DNA of 64,000 nt from Candidatus Poribacteria bacterium (GTDB lineage Bacteria > Poribacteria > WGA-4E > WGA-3G): assembly GCA_964291315.2 (NCBI GenBank), contig OZ219753.1, positions 800,001-864,000 of the forward strand. The letters are read 5' to 3'. This document shows positions 1 through 10,168 of this stretch, in pieces (within the stretch, counting starts at the first letter, position 1; every line of letters starts with the position of its first letter). Position numbers and translations under genes: made by a program. A model generated the notes under the pieces. It ran no database searches and was not told where the DNA came from. It saw nothing but the letters and a program-made list of their open reading frames with translations.

Positions 1-627
1 CAGGTTATTATCCCGGGTGGTGATGGCTGGGTTTATGCGTTTGTGCCTGAAACCGGTGCCATCATTTGGAAGTTTGATTGTAATCCGAAAGATTCTGTTT
101 GGAAACTTGGAGGGCGTGGGACACGCAACAATGTTATTTCAACGCCTGTTATCTATGATGGGAAGGTGTTTGTTGCTGTGGGTCAGGATCCTGAGCATGG
201 CGAAGGGGTAGGGCACCTCTGGTGTATTGACGCATCACAGACGGGTGATATTACTGAGACAGGTGCGGTCTGGCACTTCGGTGATGAGCAGTTCAATCGT
301 ACGATGTCCACTGTAGCGATTGCTGATGGTCTCTTGTATGTGTCGGATCTGAGTGGTTTTCTCTACTGTTTAGATGTAAACACGGGTGATCTTTACTGGA
401 AGCATGACACTTTTGCGGCTATCTGGGGTTCGCCTTACGTTGTAGATGGTAAAGTTTATCTTGGCGATGAAGACGGTGATGTGGTTGTGCTCAAAGCGGG
501 AAAAACGAAGCAGTTGCTCTTTGAAACGAACATGAGTAGTGCTGTCTATACGACTCCGGTTGCAAAGGATGGTGTGCTCTACATTGTTACTCGTAATACA
601 CTGATTGCGATAGAGGAGAAGAGATAA
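1..627 (+). CDS. PQQ-binding-like (BamB-type) beta-propeller protein, 5'-truncated by the window
   Basis: Frame is open from base 1 ([14 protein letters not shown]...). Repeated S/T-P-x-V-x-D-G-x-(V/L)-Y and 'CLDxxTGxxxW' PQQ-like blades. Confidence 0.85.
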   Translation, partial: QVIIPGGDGWVYAFVPETGAIIWKFDCNPKDSVWKLGGRGTRNNVISTPVIYDGKVFVAVGQDPEHGEGVGHLWCIDASQTGDITETGAVWHFGDEQFNRTMSTVAIADGLLYVSDLSGFLYCLDVNTGDLYWKHDTFAAIWGSPYVVDGKVYLGDEDGDVVVLKAGKTKQLLFETNMSSAVYTTPVAKDGVLYIVTRNTLIAIEEKR

Positions 628-710
628 GGTCGTTAATTTGAGTGAACGGTTCAGAGAGTCGGTTATGACTTGACAAGTGCCAGGTAGATGGCGCTGTGTA
701 AAAGGTTTTT

Positions 711-1790
711 ATGCAAATGAAATTGCTTCGAAAAGTTGCTGATGCCCAAAAGGCGCTTGATGCTCATGTGAGGGAGATGGTCAAATGGCACTTTAGTCCA
801 AAGACTGGTTCTCCGTTCTGGTTGGCATTCGCGGAGAGGCTTGACTTCAATCCGAGAAAAGAGATTAGGGGTTACGCTGATCTCAAGTGTCTTGGGCATT
901 TCCAAGATGAATGGCTTCGTGGGGGTCCTGTTCGGCAGTGGGTGCCTAAGGCTTATGCGGATGAACCAATTTACGTTTTTGAGACGGGTGGTTCGACGGG
1001 TGTTCCTAAAACTCGGACTAGTGTTCGAGATTTTCAGATCGATTATGAATTGTTTAGCGAAACGTTGTCCGGTGTGGGTTTTCCGCTGGGTGGTGATTGG
1101 CTGATGTTGGGACCGACGGGCCCGCGCCGCTTGCGTCTGGCTGTTGAGCATCTTGCTCAGCATCGGGGCGGTATCTGTTTCCATGTGGATGTGGATCCGC
1201 GTTGGGTGAACCAGCTTGTGCGTTACGGGAGAAATGAGGAGTTGGCGGCGTATAAAAACCATGTTGTATCACAGGCGCTCAACGTGCTGCGTGCGCATGA
1301 AAACGTTCGGTGTCTTTTCACAACGCCGAAGCTATTGGAGGCGTTGTGTGAGAAGATCTCATTGCCAAAAGTGGGTATCAGCGGTATTTTCTGTGGTGGC
1401 ACTGAGATGGATGCGCAGTTTCATCGCTTTGCGCGTGAGGAGCTTGTGCCGGGGATAGATTTTGTCCCGACGTATGGCAACACGTTGATGGGGTTGGCGA
1501 CTTGCAAACCGTTTGATCCGGCGGATAACTATGCGATTATCTACTATCCGCCGCAGCCGCGGGCTGTCATTGAGTTGGTTAACCCGGAAAATCCGGAGGA
1601 GTCTGTGGCTTACGGTGAAACGGGCCGCGTCATGTTGACGACATTGACGAAGGAATTTTTCATGCCGCGTTTTTTGGAGCGTGATGAGGCTGAGCGTGCT
1701 GAGCCGATTCTGGAGTATCCGTGGGACGGTGTTGAGAGTCTGCGTCTCCTCACTGAACTCCAGGAGAGCGTTGTCGTAGGGGTTTATTAA
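711..1790 (+). CDS. EhpF/LuxE-like AMP-forming (ANL superfamily) acyl-activating enzyme
   Basis: P-loop ETGGSTGVPK, 'HFSPKTGSPFW' N-terminus, 'YGNTLMG' and 'ERD' motifs resemble phenazine-modifying EhpF. Only 359 aa, so it lacks the usual C-terminal ANL subdomain. Confidence 0.65.
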   Translation: MQMKLLRKVADAQKALDAHVREMVKWHFSPKTGSPFWLAFAERLDFNPRKEIRGYADLKCLGHFQDEWLRGGPVRQWVPKAYADEPIYVFETGGSTGVPKTRTSVRDFQIDYELFSETLSGVGFPLGGDWLMLGPTGPRRLRLAVEHLAQHRGGICFHVDVDPRWVNQLVRYGRNEELAAYKNHVVSQALNVLRAHENVRCLFTTPKLLEALCEKISLPKVGISGIFCGGTEMDAQFHRFAREELVPGIDFVPTYGNTLMGLATCKPFDPADNYAIIYYPPQPRAVIELVNPENPEESVAYGETGRVMLTTLTKEFFMPRFLERDEAERAEPILEYPWDGVESLRLLTELQESVVVGVY

Positions 1791-1899
1791 CCGGGTATAG
1801 ATTCACACGAGTGGTCTGCTCCGATTCAATGGGCTCTTGTCTGAAAAACCTAACGGGTTTCGCAAAGACTTATAATCCCCCAAGAGGTGTTTAAATAGT

Positions 1900-2601
1900 A
1901 TGTTGGCAAAGATTGAAAAAGTTTTCCGTTCTCCCTATTCGGTGCCGAACGGTCTGCAATTGACAGACGCGGGTTTGTGGGTTGTTGACCAGATGAGTGA
2001 TAGAGTTGCCTTAGTTGAAGTCACTTCGGATGCGGACTATGCTGTGCCGAGGCTCATTCGCGATATTCCGAGTGAATCTTCGAACACGAGTGGCATGACG
2101 TATGGAGATGGTGTGCTTTGGTTGGCTGCAAACGGTTCTGGAGAGCGCTGGCGTCCGGTTCGATCGACAGATGCGCAGCCGGGTGCGGGTGAGATTTTCA
2201 AAGTTGATTCTGAGACCGGTGAGACCCTTGGCCGCTACCCGATCCCGGATGGTGGTGGCACCCACGGTGTCGAGTATGACAATTATGATGTGGGGCATTT
2301 GTGGGTTCAGACGCTTAAGAATCAGGTCACACATAAGGTTAGGATTTCGGATTGGTCTGTGCAGAAAACGCTCCCGTTGCCGTATGGGCGTGGGCACGGT
2401 ATGGTTCGGGTTGAAGATGGGCTTTGGGTGACCCACACGGCTGACAGGCTTATCGTCAAGCTTGATTTAGATGATGGTGTGGAGCTTGATGTGATCGAGG
2501 TATCTGAAGAGTATCCTGAGCCGCACGGTTTATCCATCTACGGTAGCGGTTTCCTCTATTGCGATGCGGCTTCTGGATGGATAGCAAAGATTACATGGTA
2601 G
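1900..2601 (+). CDS. Small beta-propeller protein (glutaminyl cyclase/Vgb/NHL-like), function unknown
   Basis: Repeated 'PNGL', 'SGMTY', 'HGVEY', 'HGMVR' and 'PHGLS' blade starts followed by LW residues. Confidence 0.55.
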   Translation: MLAKIEKVFRSPYSVPNGLQLTDAGLWVVDQMSDRVALVEVTSDADYAVPRLIRDIPSESSNTSGMTYGDGVLWLAANGSGERWRPVRSTDAQPGAGEIFKVDSETGETLGRYPIPDGGGTHGVEYDNYDVGHLWVQTLKNQVTHKVRISDWSVQKTLPLPYGRGHGMVRVEDGLWVTHTADRLIVKLDLDDGVELDVIEVSEEYPEPHGLSIYGSGFLYCDAASGWIAKITW

Positions 2602-2665
2602 TTGGGTTTTTAGGGAGCCTGCTTGCGGTTTTCTCCGCTGTTATGGTTTAGCTGAGCATTAGACG

Positions 2666-4072
2666 ATGATACATATTCCAATTCTACGCGCTGGACATCT
2701 TTACAAAAGTTTGAACACCGTCAGGGTGTCGCATATTAGAACGGGTGATCCCTTCGTTGAGGTGAGCCAAGCTAATCGTGGATTGATAGCGAAGGATCTC
2801 GTTGAGAGCGATCGCCTAAGAAAAGTGCTTGGACAACGTTCTGTTGCTGAGTTGATTACTTTCTGTAAGGAGGCGTCGCGTTTTTTCGCAAGATCGACGT
2901 TGCCTCTTGATGGTGCTGAGCAGTCTCCGACAGACTATATCCGGCAGGTTTCTGGGACAACGGGGTTACCGGAGGTTCTCTGCCGGCAGAATCTCGTCAA
3001 GATTCAGGGCGTTTTGGAGAACATGGATGCTGTTTTGGATGGGCTCACCTGTGGCTTGGATCTAAGCGTGCTTGATAACGGTTGGGGCCTCCAAAACGGT
3101 CGGATGTTGAGTTATGTCTGTGAGACAGACGCTTTGGGTGCTGTGTTGCCGAGCAATTCGCCGGGTGTGCATTCGTTGTGGTTGCCGTCGATTCCTTTGA
3201 AAGTTCCTCTTATTTTAAAACCGGGGCGCGAGGATCCGTGGACTCCGTATCGTATCGCCCAGGCGTTTATAGCGGCGGGTGTTTCTCCGGAGGGGTTCAG
3301 TTTCTATCCGACCGATTATGCTGGTGCCAGCGAAATTCTGTCGCGTTGTGGGCGTTCTCTGCTTTTTGGTGGTGGTTCGACCGTTGCTCCATGGTTAAAC
3401 AGGCCTGGCGTTGAAATCCATGGACCGGGTCGGAGCAAAATTATCATCCACGAAGGCGAAGCTAACGATTGGAGGCGGCACCTTGATCTCATTGTAGAAT
3501 CGGTTGCGAAAAACGGTGGCAGGTCCTGTATTAATGCTTCTGGTGTATGGGTGACAGCATGTGGTCGCGAGATTGCTGAAGCGTTGGCATGCCGCTTAGC
3601 GGTTATTGAGCCGAAACCGCTGGATGCCCCAGGTGCGGGGATCGCAGCGTGGGCGAATCCGAAAGCTGCGCACGGCATTTCATCGCTCATTGATCGACAT
3701 TTGAAAGAGCCTGGTGCGACAGAATTGACAACCGGAGATCGAGTTGTGGAATTAGATGGATGTACTTTCCTCAGGCCGACTGTTATCTGGTGTGAGGATG
3801 TGGAGCATCCGTTAGCGAACATTGAATTCCCGTTCCCGTTTGTGAGTGTTGTGGAGGTGTCGCGAAGAGAATTAGTCAGGTCTATTGGTGAAACCCTTGT
3901 TGTCACTGCGATCACTGAAGATGCTTCATTAAGAGGTGAGCTTGTTTCTACGCCGCTGATTGATCGACTCAATTTGGGTGCTGTTCCGACGAACCAGATC
4001 TCTTGGGACGCTCCGCATGAGGGCAATTTGTTCGAGCATCTCTATAGACAACGAGCATTTCAACTTGGGTAG
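2666..4072 (+). CDS. Aldehyde dehydrogenase superfamily / LuxC-like acyl reductase
   Basis: PSNSP, LKPGRE, FGG, HGPGRSK, catalytic GRSC and EFPFPF motifs of the ALDH/LuxC fold. Confidence 0.75.
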   Translation: MIHIPILRAGHLYKSLNTVRVSHIRTGDPFVEVSQANRGLIAKDLVESDRLRKVLGQRSVAELITFCKEASRFFARSTLPLDGAEQSPTDYIRQVSGTTGLPEVLCRQNLVKIQGVLENMDAVLDGLTCGLDLSVLDNGWGLQNGRMLSYVCETDALGAVLPSNSPGVHSLWLPSIPLKVPLILKPGREDPWTPYRIAQAFIAAGVSPEGFSFYPTDYAGASEILSRCGRSLLFGGGSTVAPWLNRPGVEIHGPGRSKIIIHEGEANDWRRHLDLIVESVAKNGGRSCINASGVWVTACGREIAEALACRLAVIEPKPLDAPGAGIAAWANPKAAHGISSLIDRHLKEPGATELTTGDRVVELDGCTFLRPTVIWCEDVEHPLANIEFPFPFVSVVEVSRRELVRSIGETLVVTAITEDASLRGELVSTPLIDRLNLGAVPTNQISWDAPHEGNLFEHLYRQRAFQLG

Positions 4073-4167
4073 TCCCTGAAACAGCAGGATGCGTGTCTCA
4101 GAAATATCTCCGGCTTGCAATTCATGATTTTTTTAATTCCGATCCCGATATATTTAAGGAACACACT

Positions 4168-5256
4168 ATGCTAATTATTGATGCGCATCTTGATCTGTCT
4201 ATGAACGCCTTACAAGGGAACCGGGATTTGCTAAGTTCTGTCTACACGATTCGGACCCAAGAGGCGCGGATGTCTGGTAAAGGACGTGCTCAAGGTACTG
4301 TGGCGCTTCCTGAGATGCGTCGTGGGCGCATTGCGTTGAGTTTTGTTACACTTTTTGCTCGTTCGACTGGCAGTCCTTCTCCTCATTCTGATTATGCTAC
4401 CTCTGCTCAGTCTTACGGCATTGCCCGGGGGCAGCTTGCTTACTACCGTGCCTTAGAAGACATGGGCTACGTTCGTATCATCACGAACAAGGAGAACTTG
4501 GACAGACACATCGACGGTTGGCGGAGATGGGAAAGCTCGGCAATAGGCGATGCTAGCGATTACGATAACACGCCCCCGTTGGGGTTTGTGATTGGTATGG
4601 AAGGTGCTGATCCGATTCTGACTCCGGCTCAGTTAGGATCGTGGGTTGATGGTGGTTTACGCTTGTTGGGATTGACACACTACGGTCGGGGACGCTATGC
4701 TGGTGGGACAGGCACAGAAAACGGTCTCACTGAACTGGGTCGTCCGCTGCTTGCTGAGATGGATCGGTTAGGTGTTGTTTTGGATCTCACGCATTGCTCG
4801 GATCAGTCGTTCTGGCAGGCATTGGATCACTACGCCGGTTTAGTCCACGCGAGTCACAACAACTGTCGTGCGCTTGTTCCGCATCAACGGCAATTCAGTG
4901 ATGAGCAATTAAGGGCGATTTTTGAGCGTGGCGGTGTGATTGGTGCTGCTTTCGATGCGTGGATGCTCCAAGCCGGCTGGATTACTGGTGAGGCTTCCAA
5001 CGCGGAGGTTACTTTGAACAGTGTGGTGGATCATATTGATTATGTCTGTCAGCTTGCGGGTAACAACCTGCATGCTGCTATCGGTACAGATTTAGACGGG
5101 GGATATGGACGTGAGCAGTCTCCGAGCGATTTGGACACTATCGCTGACTTACAGAAGATACCGGATTTGCTGGCTGCCCGGGGTTATAGTGATTCGGACG
5201 TTGCTGCTATCATGCACGGTAACTGGCTGCGGTTTTTACATGAGGCCTGGGGATAA
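4168..5256 (+). CDS. Membrane dipeptidase family (peptidase M19) amidohydrolase
   Basis: IIDAHLD, MEGAD, DLTH, ASHNN and IGTDLDG motifs. ATG at 4168 is preceded by AAGGA. Confidence 0.88.
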   Translation: MLIIDAHLDLSMNALQGNRDLLSSVYTIRTQEARMSGKGRAQGTVALPEMRRGRIALSFVTLFARSTGSPSPHSDYATSAQSYGIARGQLAYYRALEDMGYVRIITNKENLDRHIDGWRRWESSAIGDASDYDNTPPLGFVIGMEGADPILTPAQLGSWVDGGLRLLGLTHYGRGRYAGGTGTENGLTELGRPLLAEMDRLGVVLDLTHCSDQSFWQALDHYAGLVHASHNNCRALVPHQRQFSDEQLRAIFERGGVIGAAFDAWMLQAGWITGEASNAEVTLNSVVDHIDYVCQLAGNNLHAAIGTDLDGGYGREQSPSDLDTIADLQKIPDLLAARGYSDSDVAAIMHGNWLRFLHEAWG

Positions 5257-5345
5257 GTTGTCTGTTTGCGTCGGAACTTCATAGGGGTTAGGTATTTGAC
5301 TCCTCCGACTGTTTTCTGAAGGTTGGTGGCGTTTCCGTGTTGCTG

Positions 5346-6098
5346 TTATGGTGCGTTTCTGCGGAGTTGTGCAAGCTCTGCTTGGAGGTCTGCGAGCTCT
5401 GTCTCTGCTTGTTCGGCTCGTGCCTCGGCTTGTTGGGCTTGTTCTTCTGCCTGCTGGCGTGCGCGGGTTTCCTGTTCGGCTCGTGCCTCGGCTGCCTCTT
5501 CTGGCATGAGCAGCCACTGCTGCGTGGTGGGGACATAAAACCGTAAGCCTCCAGCCGGGAGCAGGTATAACTCCAGACCTAGCGCGAAGGACGGCACGCC
5601 GCCGTCAGTCGTCTGCTGCGCCGCATGATAGCTGCCTCCGTCTAAGGTCCATCCCATGAGGGGTGTAGGGAGGTAGAGCCCTTCTATATCACATAAGAAG
5701 TAATCGGTAACTCCTAGGCTGGCATAAAGCTGCTTTTTCTCGCCCAGGTCCCGCTCATAAGTTGTTTCACTTGCTAACTCCATGACGAAGTCCGGGGGTT
5801 TGCCCTCTTCCCAGACGCGATAGGTCTGACGATGCTTCTGACCTATGCCGAAGGAGACCAGCACATCTGGCGAGACGACTTTCCGCGGGTCTCCGTGCAC
5901 ATAGTACATCAGGATATCTCCGGAGACATACACCTCTGGTTTATCGGTAAAGAAAGTTTCGAGGGCTCGGAGTATCCGTATGAGTGTGTGTCTATGCTTA
6001 TCGCTTGCGGCCATGGGTTTTCCGTCCGTTTCTGGATAGAGTTGGTATTCGTGTGTAGGGGCGGCGGACGTTTGCGGCGTTGTTTCATAAATCGCCAT
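5346..6098 (-). CDS. Uma2 (DUF820) PD-(D/E)XK endonuclease-like protein with C-terminal AEQ-rich coiled coil
   Basis: YPETDGKPMA, VSPDVLV, PPDFVMELAS and DLGEKKQLY motifs. ATG at 6098 follows a GAAGGAG RBS. Confidence 0.9.
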   Translation of the reverse strand: MAIYETTPQTSAAPTHEYQLYPETDGKPMAASDKHRHTLIRILRALETFFTDKPEVYVSGDILMYYVHGDPRKVVSPDVLVSFGIGQKHRQTYRVWEEGKPPDFVMELASETTYERDLGEKKQLYASLGVTDYFLCDIEGLYLPTPLMGWTLDGGSYHAAQQTTDGGVPSFALGLELYLLPAGGLRFYVPTTQQWLLMPEEAAEARAEQETRARQQAEEQAQQAEARAEQAETELADLQAELAQLRRNAP

Positions 6099-6427
6099 AT
6101 TGGTTTCTCCTTCTCTATGTGTGAAATTATCAGGCTTAAATTCCAATTTTCTCCAACCTTTGTTATTCAAGTGTTTGCGGTGTTCATGGTAAGACTGCGT
6201 ATCATCAGTATGCCTTATTTTCAGCACATTACAGACAAACATTATACCGTATTTTTTGTCGAAATGCCAATCTGTTTTCCACTTGATTCGCCGCCATTTT
6301 ATTGGCAATGGCTTGTGAATCTTTTCTAGCTTGACTTTGTTGTTCCGCTTTTGGTATCATATAAAAAATAGAGTAGGACGATGTGAAATGGAAAGCCGCC
6401 ATGTTAATTAAATCGTAAAACAGGGAT

Positions 6428-7552
6428 ATGCAAGCTTTTGAGACCGAGTTAACACAGAGCGTTATTTTCGGTAAAAACAGTATTGAGAAATTAGGTAAGT
6501 TGACTCGGATGCTGGGGGCTGGCTGCGTCTTTATTGTGACCGACCGCGGCATCGAAAAAGCGGGTATTCTTGCGAGGGCTGTATTGGCGTTGCAAAGTGA
6601 AGGGATTGGTGTATCTATTTTTGCTGATGTTATGTCGAACCCGACGACTGAAGATGTGGAGGCTGCTGTTGCGGCTGCGAAGACGGATGCCCCGGTAGAT
6701 CTTATCATCGGGCTTGGTGGCGGTAGTCCGATGGATTGCGCGAAAGGGGTGAACTTCCTGCTCACAAATGGCGGCAAAATGGAGGATTACTGGGGCATCA
6801 ACAGAGCGTCTCTGCCGATGCTACCGTCTATAGGCATTCCGACGACTATCGGCACTGGAAGCGAGGCCCAATCTTTCGCGCTCATCGCGCAGCGCGAGAC
6901 ACATATCAAGATGGCGTGTGGAGACATCAAAGCGAAATTTGGGACGGTCATTTTGGATGCTACTCTGGCTGAGACTTTACCGAGCTCCGTGGTAGCTGTG
7001 ACAGGTATAGATGCGGTCGCGCATGCGGTTGAGAGTTCGGTTTCAACTAGGCGTAATCTGATGTCTCAGATGTTTTCACAACACGCTTGGCGGTTGTTAG
7101 AGGCGAATTTTGAATCAGCCTTGGCCCCTGAAAGCACTGTGGCACGGAGTCATATGTTATTCGGTGCTTACCTTGCTGGACTTGCGATCGAAAATTCAAT
7201 GTTAGGTGCGGCACACGCTTGCGCGAATCCATTAACAGCGAGATACGGTATTACGCACGGTGTTGCAGTTGCGTTGATGTTACCCCATGTGATTCGATTT
7301 AACGAGACGGTTGTGGGTGACTGCTATCGTCAACTTCACCCAGGTGGAGATTTGGCGGATAGGGTTGCTGAATTAAAAGATGTTGGTAATTTACCGAACA
7401 CGTTGCAGGCGTGCGGTGTCCAATATCCTATACCGAGTACGGACTTACCGATATTAGCCAAAGAAGCGTCAGCGCAGTGGACGGCGCAGTTTAATCCGCG
7501 TCCGCTGAGCCCACAAGATTTGATGACCCTTTATGAAGCGATCTATTATTAA
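6428..7552 (+). CDS. Iron-containing alcohol dehydrogenase
   Basis: GLGGGSPMDCAK, PTTIGTGSE, DAVAHAVES, AHACAN and HGVAV metal/NAD motifs. Confidence 0.92.
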   Translation: MQAFETELTQSVIFGKNSIEKLGKLTRMLGAGCVFIVTDRGIEKAGILARAVLALQSEGIGVSIFADVMSNPTTEDVEAAVAAAKTDAPVDLIIGLGGGSPMDCAKGVNFLLTNGGKMEDYWGINRASLPMLPSIGIPTTIGTGSEAQSFALIAQRETHIKMACGDIKAKFGTVILDATLAETLPSSVVAVTGIDAVAHAVESSVSTRRNLMSQMFSQHAWRLLEANFESALAPESTVARSHMLFGAYLAGLAIENSMLGAAHACANPLTARYGITHGVAVALMLPHVIRFNETVVGDCYRQLHPGGDLADRVAELKDVGNLPNTLQACGVQYPIPSTDLPILAKEASAQWTAQFNPRPLSPQDLMTLYEAIYY

Positions 7553-8693
7553 TACAGGCTGTTCTCTATACCGGCTGCTTATAAAAAGTGTGTTATTTTT
7601 ACTGCTTTTCATTGGGCAGACCACTTTTGCGAATTGGGCGAGCTTTCGCGGTAACGCGCAATTGACCGGTGTTGCTGACACGGGTCTCCCGGAAAATCTG
7701 CGATTGCGTTGGACTTTTCAGGCCGGAGATATGATTGAATCTACTGCAGCGGTTGTTGATGGTACTGTATATATTGGAGCATTAGACGGTTCGTTGTATG
7801 CCATTGCTGCTGAAACTGGAGAAAAGCGGTGGGGTTTCCAAGCGAAGGGTTCCATTAAAGCGTCTCCTTCTGTCTACAATGGAGTTATCTACTTTGGCGA
7901 TGGTGAAGGGGTGTTCTATGCGGTAGATATTAGCACTCGGGAGATAAAATGGCAATTTCAGACAGAGGGCGAAATTATATCATCAGCGAATTTTGCGGGG
8001 GAGGGTGTGTTATTTGGTTCGTATGATGGATTCCTCTACTGTCTGAACCGGGAAGACGGGAAGCTGGCGTGGAAATTTGAGACAGAAGGGTATGTCCATG
8101 GCACCCCTGGTATCTGGACACGAACTGTGAAGGGGGTTGATCGGGATGAGAGCTTTGTTATCGTCACGGGATGTGACAGTTACCTTCGTGTTCTCACTGC
8201 TGACGGCGGTGCACAAATACGTCAGGTTAATCTTGGTGCGTATGTAGGTGCGAGTGCTGCGGTGTTAGGGGATCATGTCTATTGTGGCACGTACGGTAAT
8301 GAAATATTGGGTGTTAATTTAGAGTTGGGTGAGATCGCATGGCGGTATCGGCATCCGAAGCGGGGGTTTCCATTTTTCGCCTCAGCTGCGCTCACTGATG
8401 GCTTAGTTATTATCGGTGGGCGAGACAAGATGGTACACGCGCTTTCGCCGGAGACCGGGGATCCGTTATGGACTTATACGGCGAGATCCCGGATCGAGTC
8501 GTCTGCTGTTATTGTAGGTGCGCGCGTTTTCTTTGGAACGACTCGGGGTTTGTTTGTTGCTTTAGATGTATCTAGTGGCGAATCAGTGTGGGAATTTGCA
8601 ACGGGTTCATCAATTGTTGCTTCCCCGAGTGTTGCCGATGGCAGGATTTACATTGGAACTGATGATGGAATTCTGTATTGTTTTGGAAATTAG
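7533..8693 (+). CDS. Secreted PQQ-binding-like (BamB/AfsK-type) beta-propeller protein
   Basis: Hydrophobic signal-like N-terminus, W-x-x-FRG, about 8 repeats of SS(P/A)xVxDGxVY.GxxDGxLY with W-x-F ends. Confidence 0.88.
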   Translation: MKRSIINTGCSLYRLLIKSVLFLLLFIGQTTFANWASFRGNAQLTGVADTGLPENLRLRWTFQAGDMIESTAAVVDGTVYIGALDGSLYAIAAETGEKRWGFQAKGSIKASPSVYNGVIYFGDGEGVFYAVDISTREIKWQFQTEGEIISSANFAGEGVLFGSYDGFLYCLNREDGKLAWKFETEGYVHGTPGIWTRTVKGVDRDESFVIVTGCDSYLRVLTADGGAQIRQVNLGAYVGASAAVLGDHVYCGTYGNEILGVNLELGEIAWRYRHPKRGFPFFASAALTDGLVIIGGRDKMVHALSPETGDPLWTYTARSRIESSAVIVGARVFFGTTRGLFVALDVSSGESVWEFATGSSIVASPSVADGRIYIGTDDGILYCFGN

Positions 8694-8824
8694 TTTTTAA
8701 AGATTGACCTATCAGAGATAAATTTCTCAGCAACGGTAGGAGGTTAGACCTGCCTTGTGTGTTACATTGTATGCCGCGGGATTTAAAAGGGGTCAAAACA
8801 TATCCAAGGAAGAGGATCACAATA

Positions 8825-10165
8825 ATGCCTGAAACAAAACCTGAACCGGCGACGGGTGGTATAGATTCGAAACAGACGACCGTTGGGAGCGTCTTTGTCT
8901 CGAACTACCCGCCGTATTCTGCATGGGGTGACTTAGATGTCCCGGAAGTGGAGCGGGTGCTTGGTGAGCGCCGGTGTCCTGATGCCCCGTTTGGTCTCTA
9001 TCTTCACATCCCGTTTTGCCGGAAACGGTGTAAATTCTGTTATTTTCGGGTCTATACCGATAAGAATAGTGCGGAAATTGAGACATATCTGAACGCTCTC
9101 GTCAAGGAGATCGAGCTTTACAGCAGACAACCGGCTATTGCAGGTAGACCTCTGAGATTCGTTTACTTTGGCGGTGGTACTCCGTCCTATATCAGCGTGA
9201 AGCATCTCACAACGCTTGTTGGCAGGGTAAAACGTGTGGTTCCGTGGGATGCTGCTGAGGAGGTCGCGTTTGAGTGTGAACCCGGGACGTTAACAGAAAA
9301 GAAGGTAGAGGCCATCAAAGGGATCGGTGTGACCCGCTTGAGTTTGGGTGTTGAAAATCTGAACGACGAAATCCTTGCTGAAAATGGGAGGGCACATCTT
9401 TCGAAAGAGGTTTATCGCATTGTGCCGTGGATAAAGTCGTTAGCATTTGACCAGGTTAACATTGATCTGATCTCGGGTATGATCGGTGAAACTTGGGAGA
9501 GTTGGCGTGAAACCGTCAGCAAAACGCTTGAGCTTGAGCCGGACAGTGTCACTATCTATCAGTTGGAATTGCCGTTCAACACCGTCTATTCCAAGGGCAT
9601 TCTTGGTGGTAACGCCCTTCCTGTAGCAGATTGGAAGCTTAAACGTGAATGGCACCAATACGCTTTTGAAGAGTTTGTGTGTGCCGGTTACGTGCAATCG
9701 AGCGCGTATACAGTTGTTAAGAAAGATAAGCCGTGTGAGTTCGTTTATCGTGATGCGGTATGGCAGGGCAGCGATATGATAGGTACCGGGGTAGCTTCTT
9801 TTTCGCATCTCGGCGGAATTCATTTTCAGAATGCACCTGCGTGGGGAAATTACCTCGGCTGTCTTGAGGGCGGCGGTTTCCCAATTTATAGAGCGTTCAA
9901 GCCGACGGCGGCGGAACGGTTGACGCGGGAGATGATCCTCCAGCTCAAACTTGGGAAAATTAGACCTTCTTATTTCAAGGCAAAATTTGATGCGGATATC
10001 CTTACGTTTTACGCTGATGCGTATGATAAACTCCAGAACGATGGGATGCTGCTCGTCGATGCGGAGTTAGACGAGATTCGGTTGACAGAACGCGGTTTGC
10101 TCCGCGTCGATAGTCTGCTGCCTGCTTTCTATGCTCCGGAATACCAGAACACGCGATACACTTAA
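8825..10165 (+). CDS. HemN-like (class C) radical SAM enzyme
   Basis: SNYPPY, LYLHIPFCRKRCKFCYF (CxxxCxxC), YFGGGTPS, RLSLGV, NIDLISG and a C-terminal LTERG. The start may be 8759. Confidence 0.88.
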   Translation: MPETKPEPATGGIDSKQTTVGSVFVSNYPPYSAWGDLDVPEVERVLGERRCPDAPFGLYLHIPFCRKRCKFCYFRVYTDKNSAEIETYLNALVKEIELYSRQPAIAGRPLRFVYFGGGTPSYISVKHLTTLVGRVKRVVPWDAAEEVAFECEPGTLTEKKVEAIKGIGVTRLSLGVENLNDEILAENGRAHLSKEVYRIVPWIKSLAFDQVNIDLISGMIGETWESWRETVSKTLELEPDSVTIYQLELPFNTVYSKGILGGNALPVADWKLKREWHQYAFEEFVCAGYVQSSAYTVVKKDKPCEFVYRDAVWQGSDMIGTGVASFSHLGGIHFQNAPAWGNYLGCLEGGGFPIYRAFKPTAAERLTREMILQLKLGKIRPSYFKAKFDADILTFYADAYDKLQNDGMLLVDAELDEIRLTERGLLRVDSLLPAFYAPEYQNTRYT

Positions 10166-10168
10166 GAT

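Noticed and set aside
663-1262. Numerous 60-240-aa overlapping ORFs in the ORF track (for example 663-1262, 3316-4026, 22752-23303)
   Set aside because: They are antisense or out-of-frame to well-supported genes and have no recognisable motifs.
711-4072. Bioluminescence (lux) or phenazine (phz) operon
   Set aside because: No luxAB/luxD or phzA-G core genes in the window.
8825-10165. True heme-biosynthesis hemN
   Set aside because: No hem gene context, and family membership alone does not fix the function, so no symbol was given.
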